From: an uncultured Eubacteriales bacterium
GTDB taxonomy: Bacteria; Bacillota; Clostridia; Oscillospirales; Oscillospiraceae
Assembly: GCA_900545815.1 (NCBI GenBank)
Contig: URAM01000003.1
Span: 64,082 to 128,081 of the forward strand
Reading direction: 5' to 3'
DNA length: 64,000 nt
In this document: positions 44,836-54,920 of the stretch, piece after piece
How the letters are laid out: the number at the start of each line of letters is the position of its first letter
Numbering within the stretch: position 1 is the first letter of the stretch
Notes under the pieces: generated by a model
What the model saw: only the letters and a program-made list of their open reading frames with translations
What the model was told of the DNA's origin: nothing
Database searches by the model: none
Position numbers and translations under genes: made by a program

Positions 44836-45696
44836 CTATCCATCTGCCCCGACCAGGGCAGTATAGTTGCCATTGACGCTCAATTTTCCCGGGCACAACG
44901 CCACCAGCAGGCGGTTTTCCACCCGACTGCCGATGACCGCTCCATCCACCCGCACTGCCAGCAGCATCCCGCTGGACACCCCCACGGAACGGTATGGGAT
45001 CATCCGCACCCGCTGTGCTCCCAGCACCGCAGCCAGCTTTGCCGCTCCCCCCACTGGATCACAAAGCGCCTGTTCTGTCAACAGATCAGCGGCAAACAGT
45101 CCCCGCACCGCCTCCCACTCCGCCACCAGTACCTTGGCATCACTGAGGGGGTCAGCCAGGGTGTTGCCCGTGTCCACCAGGGCATCCAGACGGACGGTAC
45201 GACCCTCCATGGTCAATGTCACTGGCAAGATCTCCTTGGACACCTTGGAGTACCGCCCCAGACAGCGCATTCCCACCGACAGCACCAGGTAACTCCCTGC
45301 CGCTGACAGGCACAGGATCTTGAAATCCAGCCCCGTGGCTGGGATACCGTTGGCGTAGGTCAGGCCACCGCTGCCCAGCAGGGACAGCATCAGCACCCCG
45401 CCCCCCAAGGCACAGGCACAGGCGAAGAACACCAGCGTCAGCCGCAGCAGCCGCTGCCGTCCGCCGAAGGCGGTCAGCGCCAGGGCGACCCCCACTGCCA
45501 CCTTCACCGGCGGGTAGGTCAAAAAGTGCCCCTGGGGCAGGAAGGCGCACAGGGCGTACACCGCCCCCATCAGCGCCCCCAGCGCCAGACGCAGGGTGGG
45601 CACATACTGCCCGCAGATGCGGGCGGAGAGACGGAGCAATAAGTAGTCGATGGTCAGGTTGAGCAGAAACAAGGTGTCCACGTACACCACCGTCAT
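44836..45696 (-). CDS. spoIIGA: Sigma-E processing aspartic peptidase SpoIIGA
   Basis: Start MTVVYVDTLFLLNLTIDYLLL after GAAGGGAGG. Five TM helices then a protease domain with DTGN motif (LVDTGNTLADPLS). Immediately upstream of sigE. Confidence 0.85.
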   Translation of the reverse strand: MTVVYVDTLFLLNLTIDYLLLRLSARICGQYVPTLRLALGALMGAVYALCAFLPQGHFLTYPPVKVAVGVALALTAFGGRQRLLRLTLVFFACACALGGGVLMLSLLGSGGLTYANGIPATGLDFKILCLSAAGSYLVLSVGMRCLGRYSKVSKEILPVTLTMEGRTVRLDALVDTGNTLADPLSDAKVLVAEWEAVRGLFAADLLTEQALCDPVGGAAKLAAVLGAQRVRMIPYRSVGVSSGMLLAVRVDGAVIGSRVENRLLVALCPGKLSVNGNYTALVGADG

Positions 45697-45770
45697 AGGC
45701 GTCCTCCCTTCTGTGGGTTCCAGTATAGCCCACTGGGATGGAAAATTTCGTCTAAGTGGGGACAAGGCGC

Positions 45771-45805
45771 AAAAAATCCCTCCTGCCGAAGCAGGAGGGA
45801 TTTGG
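45771..45805 (-). terminator. Rho-independent terminator of the MATE gene
   Basis: Stem ATCCCTCCTGC / GCAGGAGGGAT with loop TTCG, then TTTTTT (minus strand). Confidence 0.8.
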
Positions 45806-45807
45806 GA

Positions 45808-47124
45808 TCATAGCGGCGACCGGAGGAAGTTCCGCAAACACTTCTGGGACAGCGCCAGACAGAGCAGCTCCGAGATGAGCGGTGCAAACCAGATGCTGCT
45901 GTCGCCCACCGTATAGGCCAAGACCATCAGTGCCCCCGCCTGGAGCACTAGGCCACGGCCGACGGAGATGCAGATGGCAGGACGCGGCCGTTCCACCGCA
46001 GTGAGGAACCCGCCGATGAGGATGTTGACCCCTAGGATGAGGTAGCACAGACTGTACCGCCGGAGGGCGTGGACGGAGGTCAGGTTCAGCTCCGGGTTAG
46101 TGTTGGACAGGAACGCCTGCACCAGCTGGGGGGCAAGCAGGAAGATGCCCAAAAAGACCACGGCGGTGACGATAGCCACGGCGGTGAACCCGTACCGCAA
46201 CAGCTTCCGGCAGCCGGCGGCGTCCTCCTTGCCGTAGTGGAAGCTGACCAGGGGCTGACTGCCCTGAGAGATGCCCATCATCATGTTGATGACCAGGGTG
46301 TTGGTGTAGGCGATGATGGTGTAGCTGACCAAGCCCTCCTGGCCGATGCACCGGAGGATCATGTGGTTGAAGAGCAGGATCATGAGCCCGTTGCACAGCT
46401 CATTGACCCCATCGGAGATGCCAATAGGGATGAGACGGCGGTAGATGCGCCAATCCATCCGGAAGCGGACAAAGTGGAAGGTGGTCTTGCCCCGAATAAA
46501 GTGGCGCAGATAGATCACACAGGTGAGCATCTGAGACAGGCCGGTAGCCACAGCGGCACCCCAAACCCCCAAATCCAGGTGGAAGATGGCCATATAGTCC
46601 AGGACACAGTTGGTCAGGCAGCCGATGATCACCGTCCGAATGGCCAGCTGGGGATACCCATCGGTCTTGATCAAAATTTCCATATTGTAGGAAATGATAA
46701 AGCAAACAGCAAAGGGGGCAAGGCCGGCCAAGTAGTCCTTGGTATAGGGCAGCGTGACCCCTTCCGCCCCCAGCAGCTTGGCCACTGGCTCCAGGAACAG
46801 AAAGACCAAGACGGTGATGACAACACCGGCCACGGTGAGGAGGGTGACATTTTGGCTGAACAGACTGTTGGCCCGCTCCCGTTTGCCCTGTCCCAGGAAG
46901 ATGGAGAGGATGGTACTGGTACCCACGGCGAAGATGACTGCGATGGAAAAGAGCAGGTTCAGGAAGGGCGCGGACAGGTTGACCGCGCTCATGGCGTACT
47001 CGCCTACTCCACGAGCCACGAACAATCCATCCACGATGGAGTACAAGGAAAAGACCATCAAGGAGGCTACTGTAGCGGTGGAGAAGCGGACGAACTGAGA
47101 GAGTAAGCTGCGCTCATCGAGCAT
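45808..47124 (-). CDS. MATE-family efflux transporter
   Basis: Start MLDERSLLSQFVRF. 12 TM helices. Confidence 0.75.
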   Translation of the reverse strand: MLDERSLLSQFVRFSTATVASLMVFSLYSIVDGLFVARGVGEYAMSAVNLSAPFLNLLFSIAVIFAVGTSTILSIFLGQGKRERANSLFSQNVTLLTVAGVVITVLVFLFLEPVAKLLGAEGVTLPYTKDYLAGLAPFAVCFIISYNMEILIKTDGYPQLAIRTVIIGCLTNCVLDYMAIFHLDLGVWGAAVATGLSQMLTCVIYLRHFIRGKTTFHFVRFRMDWRIYRRLIPIGISDGVNELCNGLMILLFNHMILRCIGQEGLVSYTIIAYTNTLVINMMMGISQGSQPLVSFHYGKEDAAGCRKLLRYGFTAVAIVTAVVFLGIFLLAPQLVQAFLSNTNPELNLTSVHALRRYSLCYLILGVNILIGGFLTAVERPRPAICISVGRGLVLQAGALMVLAYTVGDSSIWFAPLISELLCLALSQKCLRNFLRSPL

Positions 47125-47221
47125 TTTGGATTGAAATTCCTTTCTGTTTTGAATTTTCCGCTGGGGAATCTTACCGGATATTATACCGGAACCCTGACAA
47201 ACTGTCAACACACCTCCCGAT

Positions 47222-48091
47222 TCAGGGCAGCTGGTCGATGTGCTGGAACAAAAACTCGATGAAATATTTGCTGGCGATGGGCATGGTGTTCTTGTCCTTC
47301 ATGACCAGGCCGATCTTGCGCATGACCACCGGTCTTGTGGGCAAAATAGCCACCTGATAATTGGTCTTGCGTAGCACCAGCTCTGGCAGGATACTGATGC
47401 CCAGCCCCGCCTCGATCATGGACAAAATGGAGTAGTCATCGTGGACACGGAGCCGGACGGAAGGCTCCAGCCCCTGCTGATGGAAGGCCTCCAACGGCTC
47501 GCTGAGCAGTCCTTCCTCCAACAACAAAAAGGGTTCGTTTACCAAATCCTCCAAGGTCACATAAGGCGCTTGCGCCAAGGGATGGTTTAACGGCAGCACC
47601 GCACGGTGCTCACCGGCCTTGACGAAGCGGGTCTTGATATTGGGGATGGCGTCCGGATTCACAAACCCGAAATCCGCCTCCCCAGTGCGCACCCGTTCTG
47701 GAATACTGGTGTAATCCCCCTGGTGCAGGACGAACTCCACATTGGGGTAGCGCTCCTGGAACTGCTTGATGAGGGTGGGCAGCCAGTGGCAGGAGACGCT
47801 GGAGATGGTGCCGATGCGGATGGTTCCGGTGTCCAGGCCGCGAATTTCTTTGGCGATCTCCTGCATGGCCTGATACTGGGCGACGGTCTTTTGGATGGAG
47901 GGGAAAAGGCGTTCCCCCTCGATGGTCAGTCGGCTGCCGTAGCGGGAGCGGTAGAGGAGCTTGATGGACAGTTCTCGTTCCAGGGAGGTGATCATCTGGC
48001 TCATGGCAGGCTGGGTATACCCCAACACCTCCGCCGCTTTGGTCAAACTACCCAGTTCGACCGCCTTTTGCAGGGCAATATATCGGTTCAT
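47222..48091 (-). CDS. LysR-family transcriptional regulator
   Basis: HTH MNRYIALQKAVELGSLTKAAEVLGYTQPAMSQMITSLE. Divergent from the EamA transporter. Confidence 0.85.
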   Translation of the reverse strand: MNRYIALQKAVELGSLTKAAEVLGYTQPAMSQMITSLERELSIKLLYRSRYGSRLTIEGERLFPSIQKTVAQYQAMQEIAKEIRGLDTGTIRIGTISSVSCHWLPTLIKQFQERYPNVEFVLHQGDYTSIPERVRTGEADFGFVNPDAIPNIKTRFVKAGEHRAVLPLNHPLAQAPYVTLEDLVNEPFLLLEEGLLSEPLEAFHQQGLEPSVRLRVHDDYSILSMIEAGLGISILPELVLRKTNYQVAILPTRPVVMRKIGLVMKDKNTMPIASKYFIEFLFQHIDQLP

Positions 48092-48227
48092 TTCCACATA
48101 ACCTTTCTGCATATTTACATTCCAAACATTTATTTTACTTATGCTAAATTTCAGTATATACTAGAGCCACGGAAAACGCAAGGAGCGAACCGCTCTACGC
48201 AATCAAATCTCAAAGGAGGTTCTTTTC

Positions 48228-49133
48228 ATGAGCAGCAAACGAGCAGAATTATTGATGGTTAGCGTCACCCTAGCTTGGGGTTCCTCTTACCTGCTGATGA
48301 AAGTGGGCCTCAACGGCATCGGGCCATTCAACCTCATCGCCCTGCGCTTCGGCATCGCCTTTGTCTTTATGACCCTGGCTTTTTTGCCCAAGTTCCGCAA
48401 GCTGACCCGCGCCACCCTCCTGAAGGGACTTTTGGCCGGCGTCATCCTGTTCCTGCTCTTTACCGGCATGGTCTGCGGCGTCAACTACACCACCGCCTCC
48501 ACCGCCGGTTTTCTGACCAGCACCACTGTTGTGCTGGTGCCCATTTTGGAGAGCTTCCTGAAACGGAAGCTGCCGGAAAAGTCCATGGTCGCCAGCATTT
48601 GCATCGCCATCTGCGGCCTGTTCCTGCTGACCGCCACAGACGGACTGGCTCTGGATAAGGGTGCGCTGCTCTGTCTCATGGGCGCACTGTTTTACGCCAT
48701 CTACATCATCGTGCTGGACAAGATCGCCAAAAAGGAGGACGCCTTCCTCATCAGCATCATCCAGCTGGGGGTCGCCTCCGCCCTGGGCGCCGTGGCTATG
48801 TGCCTGTTCGAGACTCCCTCCCTGCCCACCAGACCGGTGGAATGGGGTGCCGTCATTGGCCTGGGGCTGGTGTGCAGTGCCTACGGGTTCGTGGTACAGC
48901 CCATTGCCCAGAAGTACGCCGCGCCGGAAAAGATCGGTTTGATTTTTGCCCTGGAGCCGGTCTTTTCCGCCATCCTCTCCTTCCTGTTCCTTCATGAAGT
49001 GCTGGACGTCCGTGGCTACCTGGGCGCTGCCCTCATCCTGCTGTCTGTGGTCTTTTCCGAACTTATGACCTCTGGTCGGAACGTCACCGTCAGCGAAACG
49101 CTCCCGATGGACGTCCACACGGCTTGTCGCTGA
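48228..49133 (+). CDS. EamA/DMT-family transporter
   Basis: Two EamA repeats, 10 TM helices. AAAGGAGG SD. Confidence 0.8.
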   Translation: MSSKRAELLMVSVTLAWGSSYLLMKVGLNGIGPFNLIALRFGIAFVFMTLAFLPKFRKLTRATLLKGLLAGVILFLLFTGMVCGVNYTTASTAGFLTSTTVVLVPILESFLKRKLPEKSMVASICIAICGLFLLTATDGLALDKGALLCLMGALFYAIYIIVLDKIAKKEDAFLISIIQLGVASALGAVAMCLFETPSLPTRPVEWGAVIGLGLVCSAYGFVVQPIAQKYAAPEKIGLIFALEPVFSAILSFLFLHEVLDVRGYLGAALILLSVVFSELMTSGRNVTVSETLPMDVHTACR

Positions 49134-49257
49134 GTCAAGCACCTTTCCTCACGCTAATATCCATTTCTTAATACCTACTCTCTAAACGGAAAGCGGAGAC
49201 TACCATGTAGTCTCCGCTTTCTACTTTTTCGCATAAATGCAAGTATTTTTCTAAACC

Positions 49258-50133
49258 TTACAAGCCGCGGCTCCACTCCGGCCGCATCTGGCTCTTGCCG
49301 GCCAGCACGCTGTCGATCTTGGCCAGCATCTCCGGCGTCTTGTCCGGGATGGTGTCGTTGAACGCCAGATAGTTGGATGCGTGGTTGCTGGTGAAGTGGA
49401 TGGGGCCTTCGTGGATATTGGCCAGCAGCAGCCGTGTTTCCTCCAACACCTGGCGGGGGGTCAGCATCTTGAACTTGCCCTGCTGGACGTCCTGATACAT
49501 GGGAGTGCCCGGCTCACACATATAGGTCAGGGCGGACAGGTGCTGGGGCACCATCTTGTTCATCAGTTCAGCAGTCGCCAGGGCGTGCCGCTTGGAGGGC
49601 TCGCCGGGGCCAGCCAGACCCAAGATGATCATGGTCCACAGGTCAAACCCGCAGTCCTTCAGCAGCAGTGCAGCGTCCAAGATCTCCTGGGCGGTGGCAC
49701 CCTTCTTGACCTTTTTCAACAGCTCATCATCCCCAGTCTCCACCCCCAGGTAGGCACGCTTCAGACCAGCTTCGTTCAGCTCCTTGAGCTGGGCAGGGGT
49801 CTTGGACATGGTGGACTTGGGGCCTGCGTAGGTGGTGACCTTTTCCAAGTAGGGAAAGGTCTTATAGAGTCGATCCAGGATGGTCAGCAGTTCCTCCTGC
49901 TTCATGATGATGGCATCGCCATCGCACAGGAACACCCGACGCACGCCGTTGCCATAGGCTTTGCGTGCCATTTCAATGTCATCCAAAATATCCTTCAACG
50001 GGCGGATGCGGAACCGCTTGTCCTTATACATACTGCAAAAGGTGCAGCTGTTATTGGAACAGCCGATGGTACACTGGAGCAGGTAGCTTTTCCACTCTCC
50101 GGGGGGACGGTAAATCATGCCTTCATATCTCAT
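49258..50133 (-). CDS. Radical-SAM-like protein with non-canonical Cys cluster (C-x3-C-x4-C-x2-C)
   Basis: CTIGCSNNSCTFC near the N-terminus, then a TIM-barrel-like G-rich pattern. ATGA overlap with the hisC stop. Confidence 0.55.
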   Translation of the reverse strand: MRYEGMIYRPPGEWKSYLLQCTIGCSNNSCTFCSMYKDKRFRIRPLKDILDDIEMARKAYGNGVRRVFLCDGDAIIMKQEELLTILDRLYKTFPYLEKVTTYAGPKSTMSKTPAQLKELNEAGLKRAYLGVETGDDELLKKVKKGATAQEILDAALLLKDCGFDLWTMIILGLAGPGEPSKRHALATAELMNKMVPQHLSALTYMCEPGTPMYQDVQQGKFKMLTPRQVLEETRLLLANIHEGPIHFTSNHASNYLAFNDTIPDKTPEMLAKIDSVLAGKSQMRPEWSRGL

Positions 50134-51197
50134 AATACATTCTCCACAAATCGTTTCATTGTCGCACAGAATTTCTCCATTTCTTCCTCGCTGCCGATAG
50201 TCACCCGGAGGAAGTTGTCGATTCTGGGCAGGTCAAAATAGCGAACCAGAATGCCCGCCTCACGCAAATCCGCAAAGAGCTTGCGGGCAGGTCGTTCCGG
50301 ATGGGTGATAAAAATAAAGTTGCTCTTGGAGGGCAGGACGGTAAAGCCCAGCTCCCGCAGGGTCTCCGACGTCCGGTCTCTGGTGGCCGCCACCTGGGCA
50401 CAGCGCTGGGCAAAGTAGTCCCCATCCTCCACCGCTGCCACACCGGCCAAAATGGCCAGCTGGTCGATGGTATAGGAGTTGATGGAATTTTTGACACAGT
50501 TCAGCCCCTGGATGAGGTTCTCACTGCCAAAGGCGAAGCCCACCCGCATCCCTGCCAGGGCACGGGACTTGGACATGGTCTGCACTACCAGCAGGTTGGG
50601 GTACTCGTCCAGCAGGGGCAGGGCAGAGGTGCCGCCGAAGTCGATATAGGCTTCGTCCACGATGACCACCACATCTGGATTTCCCTCCAAAATGCGCCGC
50701 AGGGACGCCTGATCCAGCTCGATGCCGGTGGGGGCATTGGGGTTGGTGATGACCACGCCATCATTATCCCCCAGCATCTTCTCCACCGGAATGGTGAAGT
50801 CGTCCTGCAAGGGGACGGTGCGGTAGTGGATGCCGAACATATTGCAGTAGACCGGATAGAAGGAGTAGGTGATGTCCGGAAACAGGACGGTACCCCCTTC
50901 CTCAAAGAACGCCTGGAAGGCAAAGGCCAGCACCTCGTCCGAACCGTTGCCCACGAACACCTGGCTCTCCTTGACGCCGTAGGACTGCGCCAGCGCAGAC
51001 ACCAGCTTGCTGGCGTCCGGATCGGGATAGAGCTTGAGCCGCTCGTCCACCCCCTTCTGTACCGCTTCCACCACCTTGGGGGAGGGTGGGTAGGGGTTCT
51101 CGTTGGTGTTTAACTTGATGAATTTCCGCTCCTTGGGCTGCTCCCCAGGGGTGTAGGGGGTCAGACTGCGGATACGGCCGCTCCAAAATTCTTTCAT
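50130..51197 (-). CDS. hisC: Histidinol-phosphate/aromatic aminotransferase (class II PLP aminotransferase, HisC-like)
   Basis: NTNENPYPPSP, GNGSDE, YPNLLVVQTMSKSRALAGMRVG (PLP-Lys) motifs. Confidence 0.85.
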   Translation of the reverse strand: MKEFWSGRIRSLTPYTPGEQPKERKFIKLNTNENPYPPSPKVVEAVQKGVDERLKLYPDPDASKLVSALAQSYGVKESQVFVGNGSDEVLAFAFQAFFEEGGTVLFPDITYSFYPVYCNMFGIHYRTVPLQDDFTIPVEKMLGDNDGVVITNPNAPTGIELDQASLRRILEGNPDVVVIVDEAYIDFGGTSALPLLDEYPNLLVVQTMSKSRALAGMRVGFAFGSENLIQGLNCVKNSINSYTIDQLAILAGVAAVEDGDYFAQRCAQVAATRDRTSETLRELGFTVLPSKSNFIFITHPERPARKLFADLREAGILVRYFDLPRIDNFLRVTIGSEEEMEKFCATMKRFVENVL

Positions 51198-51223
51198 AGC
51201 TCGTGCGCTCCCTTATGCTTTTA

Positions 51224-51418
51224 TCATTGTGGCTCCTGCCCCTGGGGCAGGACTTTTTTCACACTTTTTTCCGCCTTGCTGCGCAAGATCATCACTTCTC
51301 GCCCGCAGGTTTGGCAGCGGAGACGAAAGTCCATACCCACCCGCAGCACCAGCCATTCTCTCCCCCCGCAGGGGTGCGTTTTTTTCATCTGCAAGACATC
51401 GCCTACTTGAATGTTCAT
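51224..51418 (-). CDS. DUF951-family small protein (CxxC...CxxC)
   Basis: 64 aa, VGDVLQMKKTHPCGGREW...RCQTCGREVMI, the pattern of the DUF951 family. Confidence 0.6.
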   Translation of the reverse strand: MNIQVGDVLQMKKTHPCGGREWLVLRVGMDFRLRCQTCGREVMILRSKAEKSVKKVLPQGQEPQ

Positions 51419-51586
51419 GGGGTTCGCCTCCTATATTACTTTAGCACACTGATACGCTATCATATTATATCTTCCCTGTCAATAGCACTCCTGCACAAAT
51501 CCAGCCGCCGGACGGTGCAAGAACAAACCCCCTCCCTGCGGCATAGGATACACCATCCATACAACTGAAAAAGAGGAGGAAGGATT

Positions 51587-52501
51587 ATGCATGATTTCTG
51601 GCCGGAAGGCCGCCGATACGCCACCCAGGAAAATCAGCACTTTTTATCCAGCCGAGCCGGTCTAGAGGCCGCCTGGCGGCAGCAGATCATCTTGGAAGGG
51701 CTTGCCCTCCGCTGTGACCCCACTCACGCTCTGACGGTGCAGCTGGGGGACACGGTGGGAGTCATCCCACGGGAGGAGTGCGCCCTGGGCATCCGAGAGG
51801 GCAGTACACGGGACATCGCCATCCTCACCTGCGTGGGCAAGGCGGTGAGCTTTGTGGTCACCGGCTTTGCAAACGGCGTCCCCCAACTCTCCCGGCGCTT
51901 GGCGCAGGAACGGGCGCTGGCACAGCTGCTGCAATGTCAGCCGGGGGACATCTTGCCCGCCACCGTCACCCACCTGGAACCCTACGGCGCCTTTGTGGAC
52001 ATCGGCTGCGGCGTCCCCTCCCTGCTGCCCTTGAAAACCCTCTCCATCTCCCGCATCCCCCATCCCAACTGTCGTTTCCGATCGGGGCAGGAGATTTTTT
52101 GCGTGGTGCGGCAGGTGATGCCGGAGCTGGGACGGGTGCAGCTGTCCCACAAGGAGCTGCTAGGCACCTGGTCGGAGAACGCCAGCCACTTTGAAGCAGG
52201 GGAGACGGTGACCGGCATCATCCGCAGCGTCATGGACTACGGCATCTTCGTGGAGCTGGCCCCCAACCTGACCGGCCTGGCAGAACCGCTGGAAGGCTTT
52301 CAGACTGGGGATTCCGTGTCGGTCTACATCAAATCCATCTTACCCGACCGGCAGAAGATCAAGCTGGCCATCATCGGCGCCGTGGCGCCTCAGCCCCCTG
52401 CTCCTCTGGCCTACCACGCCACCGCCGGTCGGGTGGTGGACTGGAACTATCACGGAGTCACCCACATCCTCCCGCCGGAAGAACTTATCCCTTCCCCTTG
52501 A
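51587..52501 (+). CDS. S1 RNA-binding-domain protein (tandem S1 repeats)
   Basis: GGAGGAAGG SD. Repeated G-x-V-x-G...GAFVDIG / GIFVEL S1 signatures. Confidence 0.65.
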   Translation: MHDFWPEGRRYATQENQHFLSSRAGLEAAWRQQIILEGLALRCDPTHALTVQLGDTVGVIPREECALGIREGSTRDIAILTCVGKAVSFVVTGFANGVPQLSRRLAQERALAQLLQCQPGDILPATVTHLEPYGAFVDIGCGVPSLLPLKTLSISRIPHPNCRFRSGQEIFCVVRQVMPELGRVQLSHKELLGTWSENASHFEAGETVTGIIRSVMDYGIFVELAPNLTGLAEPLEGFQTGDSVSVYIKSILPDRQKIKLAIIGAVAPQPPAPLAYHATAGRVVDWNYHGVTHILPPEELIPSP

Positions 52502-53756
52502 TGCGCGCCCAATAGGCTTTGGCCGCTTGTTCGGTCTTGTTCTCGCCGTATTGATAATAGGCGGCGTCCTTGAGCCGGTCGGGCAGGTACTGCTGGGGAA
52601 CATAGTGGTTGGGGAAGCTGTGGGGATACTGGTAGGTCAGCCCACGACCCAGCTTTTTGGCACCGGTGTAATGGCTGTCCATGAGATAGGCGGGGATGTC
52701 CCCATAGTTTCCCTTGCGGATGTCGCTGAGGGCGGCGTCAATGCCCATAATGGCGGAGTTGGATTTGGGCGCCGTGGCCATCAAGATGACCGCTTCCGCC
52801 AATGGGATACGGGCCTCCGGCAGCCCCAACATATTGGCCGCGTCAATGCAGGATTTCACAATGGACACCGCTTGAGGATAGGCCAACCCCACATCCTCGG
52901 ATGCAATGACCATGAGCCGCCGGCAGGCGGACACCAAATCCCCCGCCTCCAGCAGCCGTGCCAGATAGTGCAGCCCTGCGTCTGGGTCACTGCCTCGGAT
53001 GGACTTTTGCAAAGCGGACAGGATGTCATAGTGGTTGTCTCCGTCCCGATCATAGCGGAAGGCAGACTTCTGTCCCACCAGCTCCGCATCCTCCAAGGTC
53101 ACCGTCACCACGCCGTCCACCTGCTGGCCAGCGGCACAGAGCAGCTCCGCCCCGTTGATGGCCTTGCGCACATCGCCGCCGCAGGCGGTGGCCAGGTAAT
53201 CCCGCACATCGTCCGATGCCTGGATGGTCACGCCGTTGCGCTCCTCCAACAGCCGGAAGGCACGGTCTACCGCCGGTCGAACCTCCTGGGGCGTGACCGG
53301 TTTGAACTCAAAGACGGTGGAGCGGGAGAGGACGGCATTGAAAATGGTGAAGTAGGGGTTCTCCGTGGTGGAAGCGATGACGGTGATCTTGCCGTTCTCC
53401 ATGAACTCCAACAGGGACTGCTGCTGCTTTTTATTGAAATACTGGATCTCATCCAGGTAGAGCAGCACCCCGTTGGGCGCCAGCAAGGTGTCAACATCAG
53501 CGATGACCTCCCGAATGTCCGCAATGGAGGCGGTGGTGGCGTTGAGCCGGTGCAGGGTGCGGTGGGTCTGATTGGCGATGATGTTGGCCACTGTGGTCTT
53601 GCCGGTGCCGGACGGGCCGAAAAAGACCATGTTGGGCACCTGACCGCTCTCGATGATGCGGCGCAAAACCCCGTTCTTGCCCAGGATGTGGCTCTGCCCC
53701 ACCACGTCCTCCAAGGTCTGCGGCCGAATTTCATCGGCCAACGGACGGTACTGCAT
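52485..53756 (-). CDS. rarA: Replication-associated recombination protein A (RarA/MgsA AAA+ ATPase)
   Basis: MQYRPLADEIRPQTLEDVVGQSHILG...FGPSGTGKTT, very typical RarA. 17-nt convergent overlap with the S1 gene. Confidence 0.9.
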   Translation of the reverse strand: MQYRPLADEIRPQTLEDVVGQSHILGKNGVLRRIIESGQVPNMVFFGPSGTGKTTVANIIANQTHRTLHRLNATTASIADIREVIADVDTLLAPNGVLLYLDEIQYFNKKQQQSLLEFMENGKITVIASTTENPYFTIFNAVLSRSTVFEFKPVTPQEVRPAVDRAFRLLEERNGVTIQASDDVRDYLATACGGDVRKAINGAELLCAAGQQVDGVVTVTLEDAELVGQKSAFRYDRDGDNHYDILSALQKSIRGSDPDAGLHYLARLLEAGDLVSACRRLMVIASEDVGLAYPQAVSIVKSCIDAANMLGLPEARIPLAEAVILMATAPKSNSAIMGIDAALSDIRKGNYGDIPAYLMDSHYTGAKKLGRGLTYQYPHSFPNHYVPQQYLPDRLKDAAYYQYGENKTEQAAKAYWARIKGKG

Positions 53757-53758
53757 CT

Positions 53759-53995
53759 GTGCCGCCTCCTTTCCTTCGTACTTGCGTCTATTTTACCACA
53801 TTTTATGACGTGGGAAAAGGGATGAGCATTGTGGAATATTCCGTTTTTTCTCATGCAATGTACCAAAAAAGTCTGGGAGTTCATCCCAGACTTTTTCTCG
53901 TGCTGCTTGCACTGCTTTTTATCATTTTTGTGTATACGATGCTTCTGATCGGCCTTGTCGGCCTGTTCATCGCTGCATGGAACATAAAGAAGTAA
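53759..53995 (+). CDS. Hypothetical small membrane protein (real start probably internal, MSIVEYS...)
   Basis: One strongly hydrophobic helix (LFLVLLALLFIIFVYTMLLIGLVGLFIAAW). Weak SD. Confidence 0.25.
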   Translation: MPPPFLRTCVYFTTFYDVGKGMSIVEYSVFSHAMYQKSLGVHPRLFLVLLALLFIIFVYTMLLIGLVGLFIAAWNIKK

Positions 53996-54201
53996 CCACT
54001 CAGCCTTCACCTTGAGCGGTTATTTCTTATAAAGTAACTTTTCAGGGGGGCTAACCGTTTTGCCGGTAGCGCCCTTGCTCTATTCTCAGTATAGTGCATC
54101 CCACCAAACTTGTCAACCATTTCAAATTCAGAAACACGGGTTTCCCCGCCCCCTGTTTTATGCTACAATCAATGGTGACTTTATCACAGGAGGAACACGC
54201 C

Positions 54202-54864
54202 ATGAAGACCAAAGAGGAGGCACGCGCCATCGTCAACGGGCTGAAAGCACTGTACCCGGATGGCATCTGTTCCCTGCAATACCAAAAAGATTATGAACTG
54301 CTGTTCTCCGTCCGCCTGTCCGCCCAGTGTACCGATGCCCGAGTGAACAAGGTCACCCCCGCCCTGTTCCAGCGCTTCCCCACCCTGGAAGCCTTTGCAG
54401 AGGCCACTCCGGAGGAGGTGGCCGAATACATCCACTCCTGCGGCTTCTACAACGGCAAGAGCCGAGATTTGGTGGGCTGCGCTCAAATGCTGCTGCGGGA
54501 CTTCGGAGGCAAAGTTCCCCGTGCCATGGACGATCTGTTAAAACTCCCCGGCATCGGCCGCAAGACCGCCAACCTCATTCGGGGCGACATCTTCCATGAA
54601 CCAGGCTGTGTGGTAGCAGACACCCACTGCATCCGCATCTCCGGCCGCCTGGGCCTGACCGACGGGACAAAAGACCCGATAAAGGTGGAAAAGCAGCTGC
54701 GGGAAGTGCTGCCACCGGAGGAATCCAACGACTTCTGTCACCGATTGGTGCTCCACGGACGGGCGGTGTGTACCGCTCGGACGGCCAAGTGTGAGCTCTG
54801 TCCCCTGTGCGAGTGGTGCGATCACTTCTTGAGCCAGGGGAAGTCGTCGGAGGGGAAAAAGTAA
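54202..54864 (+). CDS. nth: Endonuclease III (Nth, HhH-GPD DNA glycosylase with 4Fe-4S cluster)
   Basis: Start MKTKEEAR after AGGAGGAA. An extended -10 TGCTACAAT lies upstream. HhH motif LPGIGRKTAN. C-terminal Cys cluster C-x6-C-x2-C-x5-C. Confidence 0.9.
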   Translation: MKTKEEARAIVNGLKALYPDGICSLQYQKDYELLFSVRLSAQCTDARVNKVTPALFQRFPTLEAFAEATPEEVAEYIHSCGFYNGKSRDLVGCAQMLLRDFGGKVPRAMDDLLKLPGIGRKTANLIRGDIFHEPGCVVADTHCIRISGRLGLTDGTKDPIKVEKQLREVLPPEESNDFCHRLVLHGRAVCTARTAKCELCPLCEWCDHFLSQGKSSEGKK

Positions 54865-54920
54865 CCCATTTCAAAGAGGAACCACGCAACGTCCTATCCA
54901 GATGTTGCGTGGTTCTTTTT

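Noticed and set aside
48092-48227. 10-bp perfect palindrome AGTATATACT in the LysR/EamA divergent region as LysR box
   Set aside because: It does not fit the T-N11-A geometry. It could equally be a -10 element (TATACT). Evidence is too thin to call a binding site.
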